DNA of 64,000 bases from NCBI GenBank assembly GCA_020184695.1, contig JAANOX010000029.1:62001-126000 (forward strand), given 5' to 3'. A program made the translations under genes and the position numbers. Under the pieces are notes generated by a model. The model did no database searches. It had not been told where the DNA came from and was given only the letters and a program-made list of their open reading frames with translations. Shown one piece after another: positions 1 to 10,467 of the stretch; positions within the stretch are counted from its first letter, which is position 1; every line of letters starts with the position of its first letter. Source of the stretch: Histomonas meleagridis 2922-C6/04-290x (lineage: Eukaryota > Protista > Parabasalia).

Positions 1-283
1 CACCAATAGCTGTTAAACCAGAGCCAAGTGTTAATATTGTTAAATTATAACGAATCGCAAATGCATAACTACCATTTAATTTGTAATATTTTTTAATGAT
101 GAGCATAAAGAAAATGCTGAATCGTAAATTTCTGCTACATTTTCACCAAAAATAATTGTTTCCAAATTAAAACACCACAAGAAGAAGAATATACAAATGC
201 TATTCAAGAATCAATAAAAAACACAAGAAGCTGTATAAAAACTTAACAGCGAATGAAGGAAACAATATCATATAAATTATCAT
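1..283 (-). pseudogene. BspA-like (LRR_5) surface-protein fragment, frameshifted, runs off the window edge
   Basis: Manual minus-strand translation gives LETIIFGENVAEIYDSAFSLCSSLKNIT and, in another frame, GSYAFAIRYNLTILTLGSGLTAIG (TpLRR/BspA repeat pattern). A hydrophobic ATG leader starts at 283. Stops and frameshifts lie between the pieces. Confidence 0.65.
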
Positions 284-323
284 TTTTATAATTTCACGCT
301 TAAAAAGTTTAAAAGTTTCATGT

Positions 324-1247
324 TTACTCTTTCTTATTCTTGAACATATTTCGTGACGATCTATTCGTTGCCCTCACGCCGAGTTTGTTTGCCATCAACA
401 AATTGCATTCGAGTGCTTTTTCTTGTGGCGTTTTCTTCAAGAATTCCTCGCCATCCATCAGCGGTAAGAATTCGATTTCGACAGTGAACATTGGGAGACA
501 CAGTATTCGCCACAGCCATTCTTTGAATCCGCCGACTGCCCACACGATGCCTGCGCCTCCGTACGCGAAGAACTGTCGGTAGCGAATTGTTGCGCATTGT
601 ATTGGCGCATGTGCAATGAATGAACCAGTGCGGAACTGGAGGAGGAATTGTCCCTTCGTTGTCTTGCCCTCAGGTGCAAGAACCATTGGGCGCTGCGTGT
701 CGCTCTCTAAGTACTCTGTGATTTTCTGCGATGCGCCTTCGTGCTTGGAACGATCAACAAATACTGTGCCATTAGCTGTGAGAATATTACCAATCAAAAA
801 GGCCTTCTTAAGCTCCGCCATACCAAGGACTGTAAAGGGTTTGAGTATGTAGATAAGTGGACCATCAAGTACTGTTTGATGATTGAAAAGAATACATTTG
901 GCTTTGGGATCAAGCTTCCCTTTAAATGTAAGCCATGAAAGACCAAGTAAAAAGAAGGCAACACGGAAATATACACGTGATAGATTAATACCAAAGTTGA
1001 GAATGAAGGGAAATTTATGAAAAATAACAGACGGAATAACTAAAATGGCATAAAGAATAGTAACACCTATAAGAAGAAGAAAACGAAGCCAACCAAAACC
1101 TAAAATAAATAATATAACTTGTATGATTCGATCTTTGGTTGTGGACTTGGTTGGAATAATACCTTTGTTGAATTCTTCATCACTGATTTCAGATAATTTT
1201 GTTTGGTTTTGAAGTTTTGGATCAAATGTTGGTACTAATGTTATCAT
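324..1247 (-). CDS. Lysophospholipid/1-acylglycerol-3-phosphate acyltransferase (PlsC/LPCAT family)
   Basis: 307-aa ORF with an N-terminal TM segment, catalytic HX4D motif (NHQTVLD) and PEG-type motif (APEGKT). Confidence 0.9.
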   Translation of the reverse strand: MITLVPTFDPKLQNQTKLSEISDEEFNKGIIPTKSTTKDRIIQVILFILGFGWLRFLLLIGVTILYAILVIPSVIFHKFPFILNFGINLSRVYFRVAFFLLGLSWLTFKGKLDPKAKCILFNHQTVLDGPLIYILKPFTVLGMAELKKAFLIGNILTANGTVFVDRSKHEGASQKITEYLESDTQRPMVLAPEGKTTKGQFLLQFRTGSFIAHAPIQCATIRYRQFFAYGGAGIVWAVGGFKEWLWRILCLPMFTVEIEFLPLMDGEEFLKKTPQEKALECNLLMANKLGVRATNRSSRNMFKNKKE

Positions 1248-1448
1248 GATAGAACGAATTTATTTTTTTAAGGAAGTGTTGAGCTATATTTCACATCACA
1301 TGTCGTTCGATGTTTTTTACATATGATTTTTCAAAACAAAAGCAATTTATGAATAAAAGATCATTTAATAGTTGGATTGTTTTAACAATTACATAACAAA
1401 AAACATTTTTTTGTATATTTATTACATCGAATCATTTTTCACACAATA

Positions 1449-2150
1449 CTACATTGGTCCCATAAAATGATTCTGTGGCATGAAGCCAGGCATGTATCCA
1501 TTCGTAGCAGCAACGCGTGCATTTTTGTTCGATATTGCGCGCTTCAGTTCAGATGTGCTCATGCCGAAGAAATGCGCCATCATTTGCATGTCCATGTTTG
1601 AGAAGTTTGAGATTTGTCCAGGAGGAGCATATGTATTTATTTGTGATTGCTGTACTTTATTGATTTTGGGTTTTCTTTGTGAACTTTTCGCCTTCACGAT
1701 TTTAGCTGGTGGAACATTTGGTGGAACTATTGTAAAACTATGATTTGAATCATTATTATGTTCTGATATATGAACATGAGGATATCGATTTTTTGGAATT
1801 GGTTCAAATAAAAATTCAGTTAAAACTGAATTATCGTCTTCTAGAAATGTGCTAAACTTTGGCACGTTACGTCCACGCTTAAAAGATTTAGAACCATCAA
1901 AAGGTTCTTTTGAAAATTTATCAATGTTAATCAATGGTGGAGGTGAATATTTGGAATCAACAATAAGAATGTTACTCTCTGGTGGCGGTGGTGTGGTTTC
2001 TTCAGGTTTTGTATTTATACTTGGGATAACTCGATGAACTTTACTTTTAATCGTTTGATTTTGAGGTAATGCACCAATTTGATAAAATGAAGGATTGCTT
2101 ACAGTTAGATTTGATATTGTTTTGCTGGTGTATTTGATCGACTTTGCCAT
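1449..2150 (-). CDS. Hypothetical low-complexity Pro/Ser/Gln-rich protein
   Basis: 233-aa ATG-initiated ORF with gene-like composition; no family motif recognised. Confidence 0.65.
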   Translation of the reverse strand: MAKSIKYTSKTISNLTVSNPSFYQIGALPQNQTIKSKVHRVIPSINTKPEETTPPPPESNILIVDSKYSPPPLINIDKFSKEPFDGSKSFKRGRNVPKFSTFLEDDNSVLTEFLFEPIPKNRYPHVHISEHNNDSNHSFTIVPPNVPPAKIVKAKSSQRKPKINKVQQSQINTYAPPGQISNFSNMDMQMMAHFFGMSTSELKRAISNKNARVAATNGYMPGFMPQNHFMGPM

Positions 2151-2423
2151 CCAGACTGATTTTATTGCGCTTTACCCGGAATTTTGATCGGCTTTTCATC
2201 GGAATATTTTCAATGAGTTATTTAAAGTTTCAGAAATTAACGTTTTTTCGAATTACTTCACCAAAATTCTTTTCCTGGTTCAGAAATGTTTGGATACATT
2301 TTAGCATTTATGCTTAACAATACAATTGTTTTCCTTTTCATTGGAATCAATGATTTATATGTAAACTAAGTTTCATTAAAAGATAAATTTGTTGAAGAAA
2401 AAAAATTACATAAGGTTAATGAT

Positions 2424-2972
2424 TTATTCGGTTTTAACCTTTTCATCTTTGCTTACATTGCCTTTGTTTTGATCCTTATGGATTAAATTTTGAAGAAAAG
2501 ATGATAAATAAAGTCCAGGAATGATAAGACATGAGTGTATTACTATAAAGCAAACCCAGTATGACCCCATCATTGTGAAAAGGGCAAAGGCTATAAATGC
2601 GATACTAAAGAAAATGAAATGTTTTTGATTGGTCGGATTTTTCATGTAATCATCAAGCCAATTGGTTACTACAGCAATTTTTTCTTTAACTTTATCTGTG
2701 ATTTCCTTAACTTCATCATTTGTTCGGATTCTATTTGGTTGATCAGGTTTATCTTCTGGAAGTGGAGCAAACAGAACTTTATCTAGTGATCCCATTACTA
2801 TTTTAATTATGTTGTATCTAATTAAAATCAACATTAAAGTCGCACCAAAATCAAGTTTCATTGCATAAACCAAATAAAATGTTATTTCAGTAAGAACAAA
2901 AAGAATAGCTAAAGCAGCTGGACGACGCCATAGGAGTACTTCTTGGATTTTCCGGACTGTTTCTTCCTTCAT
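2424..2972 (-). CDS. Reticulon/ARL6IP1-like ER-shaping membrane protein
   Basis: Start placed at MKEETVRK (2972), about 45 nt below TCATTT Inr-like motifs. VLLWRRP is followed by two long hydrophobic hairpins, the reticulon-like architecture. Confidence 0.65.
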   Translation of the reverse strand: MKEETVRKIQEVLLWRRPAALAILFVLTEITFYLVYAMKLDFGATLMLILIRYNIIKIVMGSLDKVLFAPLPEDKPDQPNRIRTNDEVKEITDKVKEKIAVVTNWLDDYMKNPTNQKHFIFFSIAFIAFALFTMMGSYWVCFIVIHSCLIIPGLYLSSFLQNLIHKDQNKGNVSKDEKVKTE

Positions 2973-3654
2973 CTGAAACTGCAGTTTTACTTTTTCAGAG
3001 CTGTCAAATGAAATGAATTGAATATTCACTATCAAAAGCGAATGACGATAGAAATTGAATGACTTTTTTGAAGTGAATACTTTTTGAAGCATGGATGTAA
3101 TTTATCTTGTTTCTCGGCTCATCTTATATACTGAGAGATATTTTATAATGGCCCTTGTTTTGCAGAATTCGCATTATATATCTCAACTCAATTTTTCACA
3201 GTTAAAAATGATCATTTTAAAATTTAAAAAGAGAACACTTTGGGTGTTCATGGAGAAAAAAAACATTTCCTTCAAAATGAGAAATTTTATTTTTAAATTT
3301 CTTTTTCTTCTTAATTAAGATATCTTAATTCCATTAGAAAGAATTCAAGTTGGATGATTCCTTGAATTTCAACAAGAAGCCAGGATTTTTTTACAAGATT
3401 TATTGACATATCTTATACAAAAAATATTTTTGTAATCATTTTGATTTTTATTGTTTTCATTTTTAACGGTCAACTATTAACACTTAACGTTCTCCGTTAT
3501 TTTAAACGGTCTCTTTAAGACCTAAACGGCCACATCGAACACAAAATTAAAAGATTCTGGAAAATATGGTCATTCTTTTAATGTAATGCCCGCCCAATTT
3601 TTATTAAAAGCTATACCAAAATCATGAAGATTATTAGGAGATCTTCTAATAAGT

Positions 3655-4245
3655 TTACAGGTGACCAATTATGGAATCTTCATCAAGTAAATATTTGATA
3701 CGTCGAGCAGAATTAGCTGTGGTTACATGTAATACACCGGAAATACTTCCCATTCTAAAATTGCTGGATCATGTGTTTTGGCACTTTCTGATCATGAAGT
3801 TAACGGTCAGCGCCGATAACGAATTTTCAACGGTCGATAATAACCGCCAGTAAATCATTCTGCATATGGCATTGCGCTGACTGAGCAAATTAAAGTTGGT
3901 CGTGCGATTGTTCGGGATTACGTACATAAACTTTGACTCAAGCTGTTAAAATTTTTAATTTAACTTCTGGATTCATCTTGAAATGATTCTAATAAAACAT
4001 CAACGTTCTTTATGATGGTGTTGTACTCATCAAGCATCCATATGGCAGCTGCTTTCGCTCGAGAATCTTTGATTTTTTCAAGATTGGAACAAACTATTTG
4101 AATGATGGGATACCACCGCTCATTAATGAAACAACTTTATTAGCCGCTATCTTTCGCGGGTGACTATCATTTGAGTCAAGCATATCTCTGAGTTTGGAAA
4201 TTTCTCCTTTTCTTGAACATATGTTAACATCAGAAACAAATTCTT
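3655..4245 (-). pseudogene. AP-1/AP-2 beta-adaptin pseudogene with a large internal deletion
   Basis: Manual translation: N-terminal KGEISKLRDMLDSNDSHPRKIAANKVVSLMSGG joined near 4112 to trunk segment IVCSNLEKIKDSRAKAAAIWMLDEY..LLESFQDE..IYWRLLST..RMGSISGVLHV, with stops and frameshifts. Confidence 0.8.
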
Positions 4246-5063
4246 TTCAAAAGGTAAATCTTACTTCATTGTTGTGAACAGGTTATGTTACTGTGAAAGC
4301 AAAGCAGATTGAGGTTAAAATGTCCTTTTTAAGAAATTCAATATTTAATAAAAGTTGTCCATAATTTTTAAAATCGATTATGATCTCAAAATATATTGAT
4401 CTAAAACTAATCTGTATGTTATTCATCAGGACTATATGTTTTTCGCTATCATTAACTTAAATGACATGTTAATGATTTTATAACTACTATATGTTATATT
4501 TGTATCAAACGTAATAGTAATTGTTATTGATGGCAATAATATTTGCTTTCCACTAGAATCAGGATCCTGATTTGGAGATCTAAAAAAAAACGAGAAATGG
4601 AGTTGATCCAATCCATTTGAAGGTTTTAAAAAAAGCTCATTTTAAATGTGATGTTTTCGTTAAATTGCATCTTTTGTACAAATATGAAATATTTTACATT
4701 GAAATCTGATTTAAACGGATTAATGAAAAATGTTTTAGGAAATTTATAACATGTAAAAATATATATATATAATTGTCATGCTATATGGCAAGATCTACTT
4801 AGGATTAAATTTTTTTCTTTTTCTACTTTGAATGGATTTGTTCAATAAGGTTTTAGAATGATAACAATTCTTTACCAAAATGGAAAGAATTCCATTTGAT
4901 CATTTGCTTCATCTGTTATCTCATCTTGTATTCCTTCTTTTTTACGAAACATTTTAATTATTTCGGTAAATTCATTTTTTTTTTGCATACATGTATGCTG
5001 TACTTTATATAATTTTCAAATATAATATTAAAATCCAAAAAAAAATTGGATAAACATTAAGCT

Positions 5064-6875
5064 TTATACATAAACATCTTTAGCATTTATATCAATTCCT
5101 TCTTGTTCAAGTAATATCTTTACTATTTCTAATGTGACCATTTTCAGAAGCAAACATTAGAGCGGCTTTAAATAATTTAAACAATTTCCAAATATTATTT
5201 TGAAATATCAAATTATTAAAATAAATAATATCTTTAGCATTAATATCAATTCCTTTTTGTTCAAGAAGTAATTTAACTATTTCTGTATGACCATTTCTAG
5301 ATGCTAAAATAAGTGCTATATTAAATAATTTAAATAATTTCCAAATATTATTTCGAAATCCAAAATTATTAAAATAAATTTTAAACAAAACATATAAATA
5401 TTTTTAGCATTAATATCAATTCCTTCTTGTTCAAGAAGTAATTTAACTGTTTCTGTATGACCATTTCTAGATGCATACATAAGTGCTGTTTCAAATAATT
5501 TAAATAATTTCCGTATGTCGTTTTGAAATATAAAATTATTAAAATAAATAATATCTTTAGCATTAATATCAATTCCTTCTTGTTCAAGAAGTAATTTTAC
5601 TATTTCTATATAACCATTTGAAGATGCTAAAATAAGTGCTGTATAAAGTAATTTAATTAATTTCCAAATATTATTTTCAAATATAAAATTATTTAAATAA
5701 ATTTCATTTTTAGCATTAATATCAATTCCTTCTTGTATTAAAATATATTTAACAAGTTCAATATTTCCTGACTCTGATGAAAATATTAATATATCTTTCG
5801 GAATTTGATTACTTTCAAGAAAATGTTTAATGATAAATATGTTTCCAATTCTTGCTGCTTCATTAATAATGTTTTCACAAATTATCATCCCTTCTTTTTG
5901 TAAAAATATAAAAATTTCATAATTATGAGATGAAATACAAAGTTTTCCTAATTCTTCTAAATTTATTTTTTTCTTTTTTAATTTCTTATCATAAAAATAT
6001 TTAAAGATATCATTTCGATGAAACATAATTGCAGCTTCACATGCGCCTTCAAATGTTGAATGATTTTGCTCACATAAATGAATGATTTCAATATTTCCAC
6101 CTGCAACTGCATATTTACCTGTGTTATTTACTTTAGCACCATTCATAAGTAAATATTTAAAACATTTAACTGAACCAAAAAATGCTGCATAATCAATTAA
6201 TTTAACCCTCTTTACATTTATAAAAGAATATTTTTCATAAAGTGATTGTGCAATGCATTTGTTAAAATTGAAATCACTTTGTGATGACATTTCTTGAAGT
6301 TTTTCTATTTCATCATTTCGAATTATTTTCGAAATTTCATTAGGATTATGTCCTTCTTTAATAAGTTTCTTATGAATTTCCCAATCATTCTTTGAAAGTT
6401 TTTCAATGTTTACTATATTTCGTTTCAAATATTCTTTTTTTTCTAGAAATTTTTTGGACATGTAATGTATAAAATATGGCTCTTCTCTTGCCTGTTCAAC
6501 TAATTTTGATTCGCATAAATTTTCTTGAATCATTCTCTCAAGAAAATAATTTGATTCTTGAGAATGTATATTTAAAATCATTTGTAAAAAAACTTTATGT
6601 ACTTTACTTTGAATTTGTTTTTTATCCTCAAATTTTTTTATTTCTATAATGAAATTCATATAGACTTCTAAATCATTCATACCTGCTACAAATGATGAAT
6701 AAATGATTTGACTAATAAGTAAGTTCAATGAATACTGGTAATTATTATCAAATATATCAAATATTGAAAGAGTTGATTGGACAATATTTTCTTTATTTAA
6801 TGAAAATATTATTTTTTGAATATACTGAATTGTTTCCCAATTGTTCATTTTTGTTTTATCTCTTTGTTTCATCAT
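5064..6875 (-). CDS. DUF3447 + ankyrin-repeat protein (locus A), reading frame interrupted within the repeat array
   Basis: 519-aa ORF 5316..6875 has the DUF3447 signature (IIRNDEIEKLQ..LIDYAAFFGSVKCFKYLL..KYAVAGGNIEIIHLCEQ) followed by ankyrin repeats. It continues in another frame (ORF 5107..5388) and, after a 1-nt shift near 5130, ends DINAKDVYV* at 5064. Confidence 0.85.
5167..5705 (-). repeat. Ankyrin core / AT-rich insert array, locus A
   Basis: Inserts at 5643-5705 (63 nt), 5490-5552 (63), 5320-5399 (80) and 5167-5229 (63), separated by 90-nt cores. Confidence 0.9.
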
Positions 6876-6913
6876 TTATAAAAAAGTGCAATAATTATTG
6901 TTCGTGGATTTTA

Positions 6914-6920
6914 AACGGTC
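6914..6920 (+). promoter_or_regulatory. M3 (Myb-recognition-like) core promoter element
   Basis: AACGGTC 18 nt upstream of ATG 6938, in a ~60-bp divergent promoter; resembles the Trichomonas M3 motif. Confidence 0.5.
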
Positions 6921-6937
6921 AAAAATCTGTTAATAAA

Positions 6938-7570
6938 ATGTCAACAATCACATTCAAGAAAGCGACAGGAGAAAATTTTGATCTACCAATTGGAAATGAA
7001 CCAGTCGAACAAACAAAATTCAGAGTTCGAAGGGAACTTGGTGTTAAAGGAGATTTCGAAATTAAGTTATATCTTCGAAGCTATGAATTATCAGATGATG
7101 TCATTATTTCATCTCTACATATGAAAGAAGGCGACTTTATTGCTGTTAGAGTGTTACTACCTTTACCAAAAGAAAACAAGCGAAAAACAAATCAAAACTC
7201 AAAATCACCCAGCAAAGTTCCACCTCCATCTGCTGCAAAACCACGTGATCCTAACATTAATGCGTTGGTTAACATGGGATTCTCTCCTGAAGATGCGGCT
7301 AAAGCTCTTGAAATTTGTGGAGGAAACCTTGATGCAGCTATAGAATGTATTCTATCCGGTAACTTTAATCCACCAAGGTCACCTCCATCACGTCCACCGC
7401 CACCGCCTCCACCACCGCCTCATACACCAAATTATGGTGGCAATGATAACGATCAAATACAAAAACTGGTTAGAGCAACAAACATTGAAGAAGGAATTGT
7501 TAGAGAAGTTTACTTTTCAACCAACAAAGATTATTCATCTGCATTCAATTTCTTGATGTCGATGAAATAA
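6938..7570 (+). CDS. Ubiquitin-like + UBA domain protein (Rad23/Dsk2-like shuttle)
   Basis: Start at MSTITFKK (6938). N-terminal UBL-like segment, UBA motif LVNMGFSPEDAAKALEICGGNLDAAIECIL, poly-Pro linker and a second UBA-like C-terminal segment. Confidence 0.8.
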   Translation: MSTITFKKATGENFDLPIGNEPVEQTKFRVRRELGVKGDFEIKLYLRSYELSDDVIISSLHMKEGDFIAVRVLLPLPKENKRKTNQNSKSPSKVPPPSAAKPRDPNINALVNMGFSPEDAAKALEICGGNLDAAIECILSGNFNPPRSPPSRPPPPPPPPPHTPNYGGNDNDQIQKLVRATNIEEGIVREVYFSTNKDYSSAFNFLMSMK

Positions 7571-7755
7571 GGAATATTCGTTGTAAAGAGTAAAATGAAT
7601 ATTAAATGGTTTACATCCACATTTTAAATACTTTATGTGCATCGTTGTAATGATTTTTTGTTTTGATCCAAATTTCATATTTCTTGTTTAATTAATACAA
7701 CGTGAAACCAATCATTAAATAATAAAAATTACGAACAAAAACATTTATCGAAATT

Positions 7756-8640
7756 TTATCTTCCTTGAACAATAGCATATGAACGCTGATCATTAGAAAG
7801 TATAATGAATGATCTTTGCGCAGCACGAAGTACATCAATTACGAGTTCATCGCTTTCATATATATCATTTTTAACTTCATCAAAAAAACCGAAAAAAACG
7901 TTTTGCGCCTTTTCCTTAATTGATGCATCAACCAATGATCTACGTGCGTTACCACGAAGTGCGTACAAAGAGTTTAGTTGTCTCGGTGTGAAGTTTGCAA
8001 TGACTTCATATTGAGAATCTGTTTTTACTTTTTTAGGTTTCTCTTCAGTATTTTTAGTATTACTTAGCTCCATTTCACATGATATTACGCTTGTTTTCCG
8101 AAGAAGTCCAAGTTCTTTTATCAGATCTTCATATTGATGAACCGTTTGAATTGCTTTTTCTGTTGTATATTTTGCTCTAAACCTTAAATTTGGTTTTTCT
8201 GTGTCATAGTTTAATATTTTATCGAGTTCTTTGTCAAGTCTTTTGATGCATGGAATTAATCTTTGGTGCATATGAGCAGGTGTCATTCTAGAAAAGTCCA
8301 TAACACGTTTAGCAAATCTAAGTGACAACTGGCTACGATTTGTATTCGGTATTTTTTTATATTCCTCTAAAGCATCAAGAAATTCATTGTAAGGATCCAA
8401 TGATCTTTGTGCAACTTGTGGTGTTACTTTGTAATCAAATCCACGAAACACTTTGCGATTTTGAAATCTTTGAGGTCGAGCTTCTTCTTTTGGTTCAGAA
8501 ACAGGATTTGGTGAGATTTTATCCAAAATTTCTTGCATATTTTTAACTTCTATTTGAACATTGTAAATTTTGTCTGTAAGTTCCTGTTCTGTTTTTTCTA
8601 AATATTTATAAAAATTCGTTAGTTTTTTCCATTTTTCCAT
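7756..8640 (-). CDS. Hypothetical coiled-coil protein
   Basis: 294-aa ATG ORF, charged and helical, divergent from the HAD gene across 81 bp. Confidence 0.7.
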   Translation of the reverse strand: MEKWKKLTNFYKYLEKTEQELTDKIYNVQIEVKNMQEILDKISPNPVSEPKEEARPQRFQNRKVFRGFDYKVTPQVAQRSLDPYNEFLDALEEYKKIPNTNRSQLSLRFAKRVMDFSRMTPAHMHQRLIPCIKRLDKELDKILNYDTEKPNLRFRAKYTTEKAIQTVHQYEDLIKELGLLRKTSVISCEMELSNTKNTEEKPKKVKTDSQYEVIANFTPRQLNSLYALRGNARRSLVDASIKEKAQNVFFGFFDEVKNDIYESDELVIDVLRAAQRSFIILSNDQRSYAIVQGR

Positions 8641-8721
8641 GTCTGATTTTTCATTTCAAATGTCGGTATTCAACAAAATTCACAAACTCTGTTTCAATTA
8701 ATTTTATTCACATAAAACACA

Positions 8722-9558
8722 ATGAATCCTCCAAAAGTTTTACTTCTTGATGGTGATGGAGTTATTTGGATAGATGGTACTCCAATAAAAGGTGCTATTG
8801 ATTCACTTAACCGTATTCGTAAACTTGGAATTCGTCTTGTTTTAGTAACAAATAATAGTTCAAAAACCCGTTCCAAGTATCTATCATTTATGGAAAACAT
8901 AGGATTAGAAGGTTTTACTGTTGATGATATTTTTTCATCAGGATTTGCGACAGCCAAATATTTAAATTCACATAACATCACCAAAGTCTTTGTTTCAGGT
9001 TTTCCAGGTCTTATGGAAGAGCTAGGTCTTCATGGTGTTGAAGTTCACAATGTTGAAACAGATTCTGATATCATTCCAGTTGATGCTGTTGTAGTTTCCA
9101 AATCAGACACATGTACATTTGAAGAGATCGCACGTGGCATGAACATCATCAAGCGTTATAATTGTCCACTTATTGGTACTAATCCAGATCCTAATTTCCC
9201 AATGCCGCACAATGTCCTCATTCCTGGCAGCGGCTCTATGGTTCGAACATTCGAAGCCGCGTCGCATAAACGCGCTATTGTCATTGGTAAACCGGAAGAC
9301 GCAATGTTCGAAACAGTGCTCAACACTCTCTGCGTCTCTAAGGATGATGTGATGATGGTCGGCGACCGCATAGTGACAGACGTTGCGTTTGCGGCGCGTC
9401 ATGGAGCAAGGTCAGTGCTTGTGCTGACCGGTGTGGACACTGTCGAGGACGCGGAAAGGGCAGAAGAAAGAGACAAACCAACGTACGTAATGAAGTCACT
9501 TGTTGAAGTTGCAGATCTGTTAGAGGAAATGGCAAAGAATAAAAAATGTGAATTATGA
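8722..9558 (+). CDS. HAD-superfamily subfamily IIA phosphatase (NagD/phosphoglycolate-phosphatase-like)
   Basis: Motif I LLDGDGVIW, motif II TNNS, GKP, and motif IV MVGDRIVTDV. Confidence 0.92.
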   Translation: MNPPKVLLLDGDGVIWIDGTPIKGAIDSLNRIRKLGIRLVLVTNNSSKTRSKYLSFMENIGLEGFTVDDIFSSGFATAKYLNSHNITKVFVSGFPGLMEELGLHGVEVHNVETDSDIIPVDAVVVSKSDTCTFEEIARGMNIIKRYNCPLIGTNPDPNFPMPHNVLIPGSGSMVRTFEAASHKRAIVIGKPEDAMFETVLNTLCVSKDDVMMVGDRIVTDVAFAARHGARSVLVLTGVDTVEDAERAEERDKPTYVMKSLVEVADLLEEMAKNKKCEL

Positions 9559-9648
9559 AATTAATAGTGTAAAGTTGGATTAATATATCTATATGATTTA
9601 GATGTTACTATATATGTTTTTATTTAGAGAAATTTAAAAATATATGTC

Positions 9649-9860
9649 AACACTCAGCTACTCTAATTTTTATTTGTATAAAACAAATGTAACACTCAGC
9701 TACTCTAATTTTTATTTGTATAAAACAAATGCCGACACTCAGCTACCCTTATTTTTATTTGTATAAAACAAATGTAACACTCAGCTACTCTAATTTTTAT
9801 TTGTATAAAACAAATGCCGACACTCAGCTACTCTAATTTTTATTCGTGTAAAACAAATGT
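9649..9860. repeat. Five-copy 42/43-bp minisatellite
   Basis: Unit (a/g)acactcagctactctaatttttatttgtataaaacaaatg(t/cc) starts at 9649, 9691, 9734, 9776 and 9819; no spacers. Confidence 0.95.
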
Positions 9861-10011
9861 AGATCGATGGATGATGAAATTTTGCCTTAAAAATTTGATG
9901 AGTTCCCAAGCTTAAATTTTTTTTAAATCACTCAGTAACATATTTGCAATTGTTAATGTGCTTTGTTAGGCATCAAAGAAGAATTTACCTAAAATTCTAA
10001 ACATAAATCTT

Positions 10012-10467
10012 TTAATACACAATGCAATTCTTTTTTTCCGAGGTTTGCTCCGTTTCAATGTTTTGTTTTGTCTCAACAGGCACCATCTCTCTCAGCATTC
10101 TGACCATTTCAGAAAATGTTTCAGTGATGCCAGTGTTTAACCTTGCTGAAGTTTCAAAGTATTTTGCATTGAATATTACCGCAAGTTCCTCGCCTTCTCG
10201 TCTGGTAATAACACGTCTCTTATCTTGGGTATCAGAAAAATTAGCACATATGATTATTGGCACATTAACACGATTTTGGATTTTCAAAATATCACTGCAA
10301 CGTCTTTTAGCATCCATGAAAGATGAGCGATATTCCAAGCTATAAACAACTATAAAACCATTTTCTTTCTTAATTGAACCCAAGAACATTTGATAAAGTT
10401 CTTCAATGCCTCCATTTTCAACAATTTCAAGTCTTGTAACTGTACCATCAACTGACATAGAATACAT
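10012..10467 (-). CDS. Degenerate Ras/Rap-like small GTPase lacking the P-loop (possibly a pseudogene)
   Basis: GFIVVYS, YFETSA and C-terminal CaaX (CIVY) are present. G3 reads ENGG and G4 reads NFSD. An upstream in-frame stop precedes a switch-I-like ISEDNY; no GxxxxGKS found. Confidence 0.65.
   Translation of the reverse strand: MYSMSVDGTVTRLEIVENGGIEELYQMFLGSIKKENGFIVVYSLEYRSSFMDAKRRCSDILKIQNRVNVPIIICANFSDTQDKRRVITRREGEELAVIFNAKYFETSARLNTGITETFSEMVRMLREMVPVETKQNIETEQTSEKKNCIVY

Noticed and set aside
340-852. Antisense and alternative-frame ORFs overlapping real genes (also 25889..26392, 44116..44328, 59782..60852 and others)
   Set aside because: Shadow ORFs produced by GC-rich 3' ends or codon periodicity of the genuine gene on the other strand; no motifs.
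9649-9860. 42-bp repeats as a CRISPR array
   Set aside because: Units are contiguous with no unique spacers, no cas genes are present, and the context is eukaryotic.
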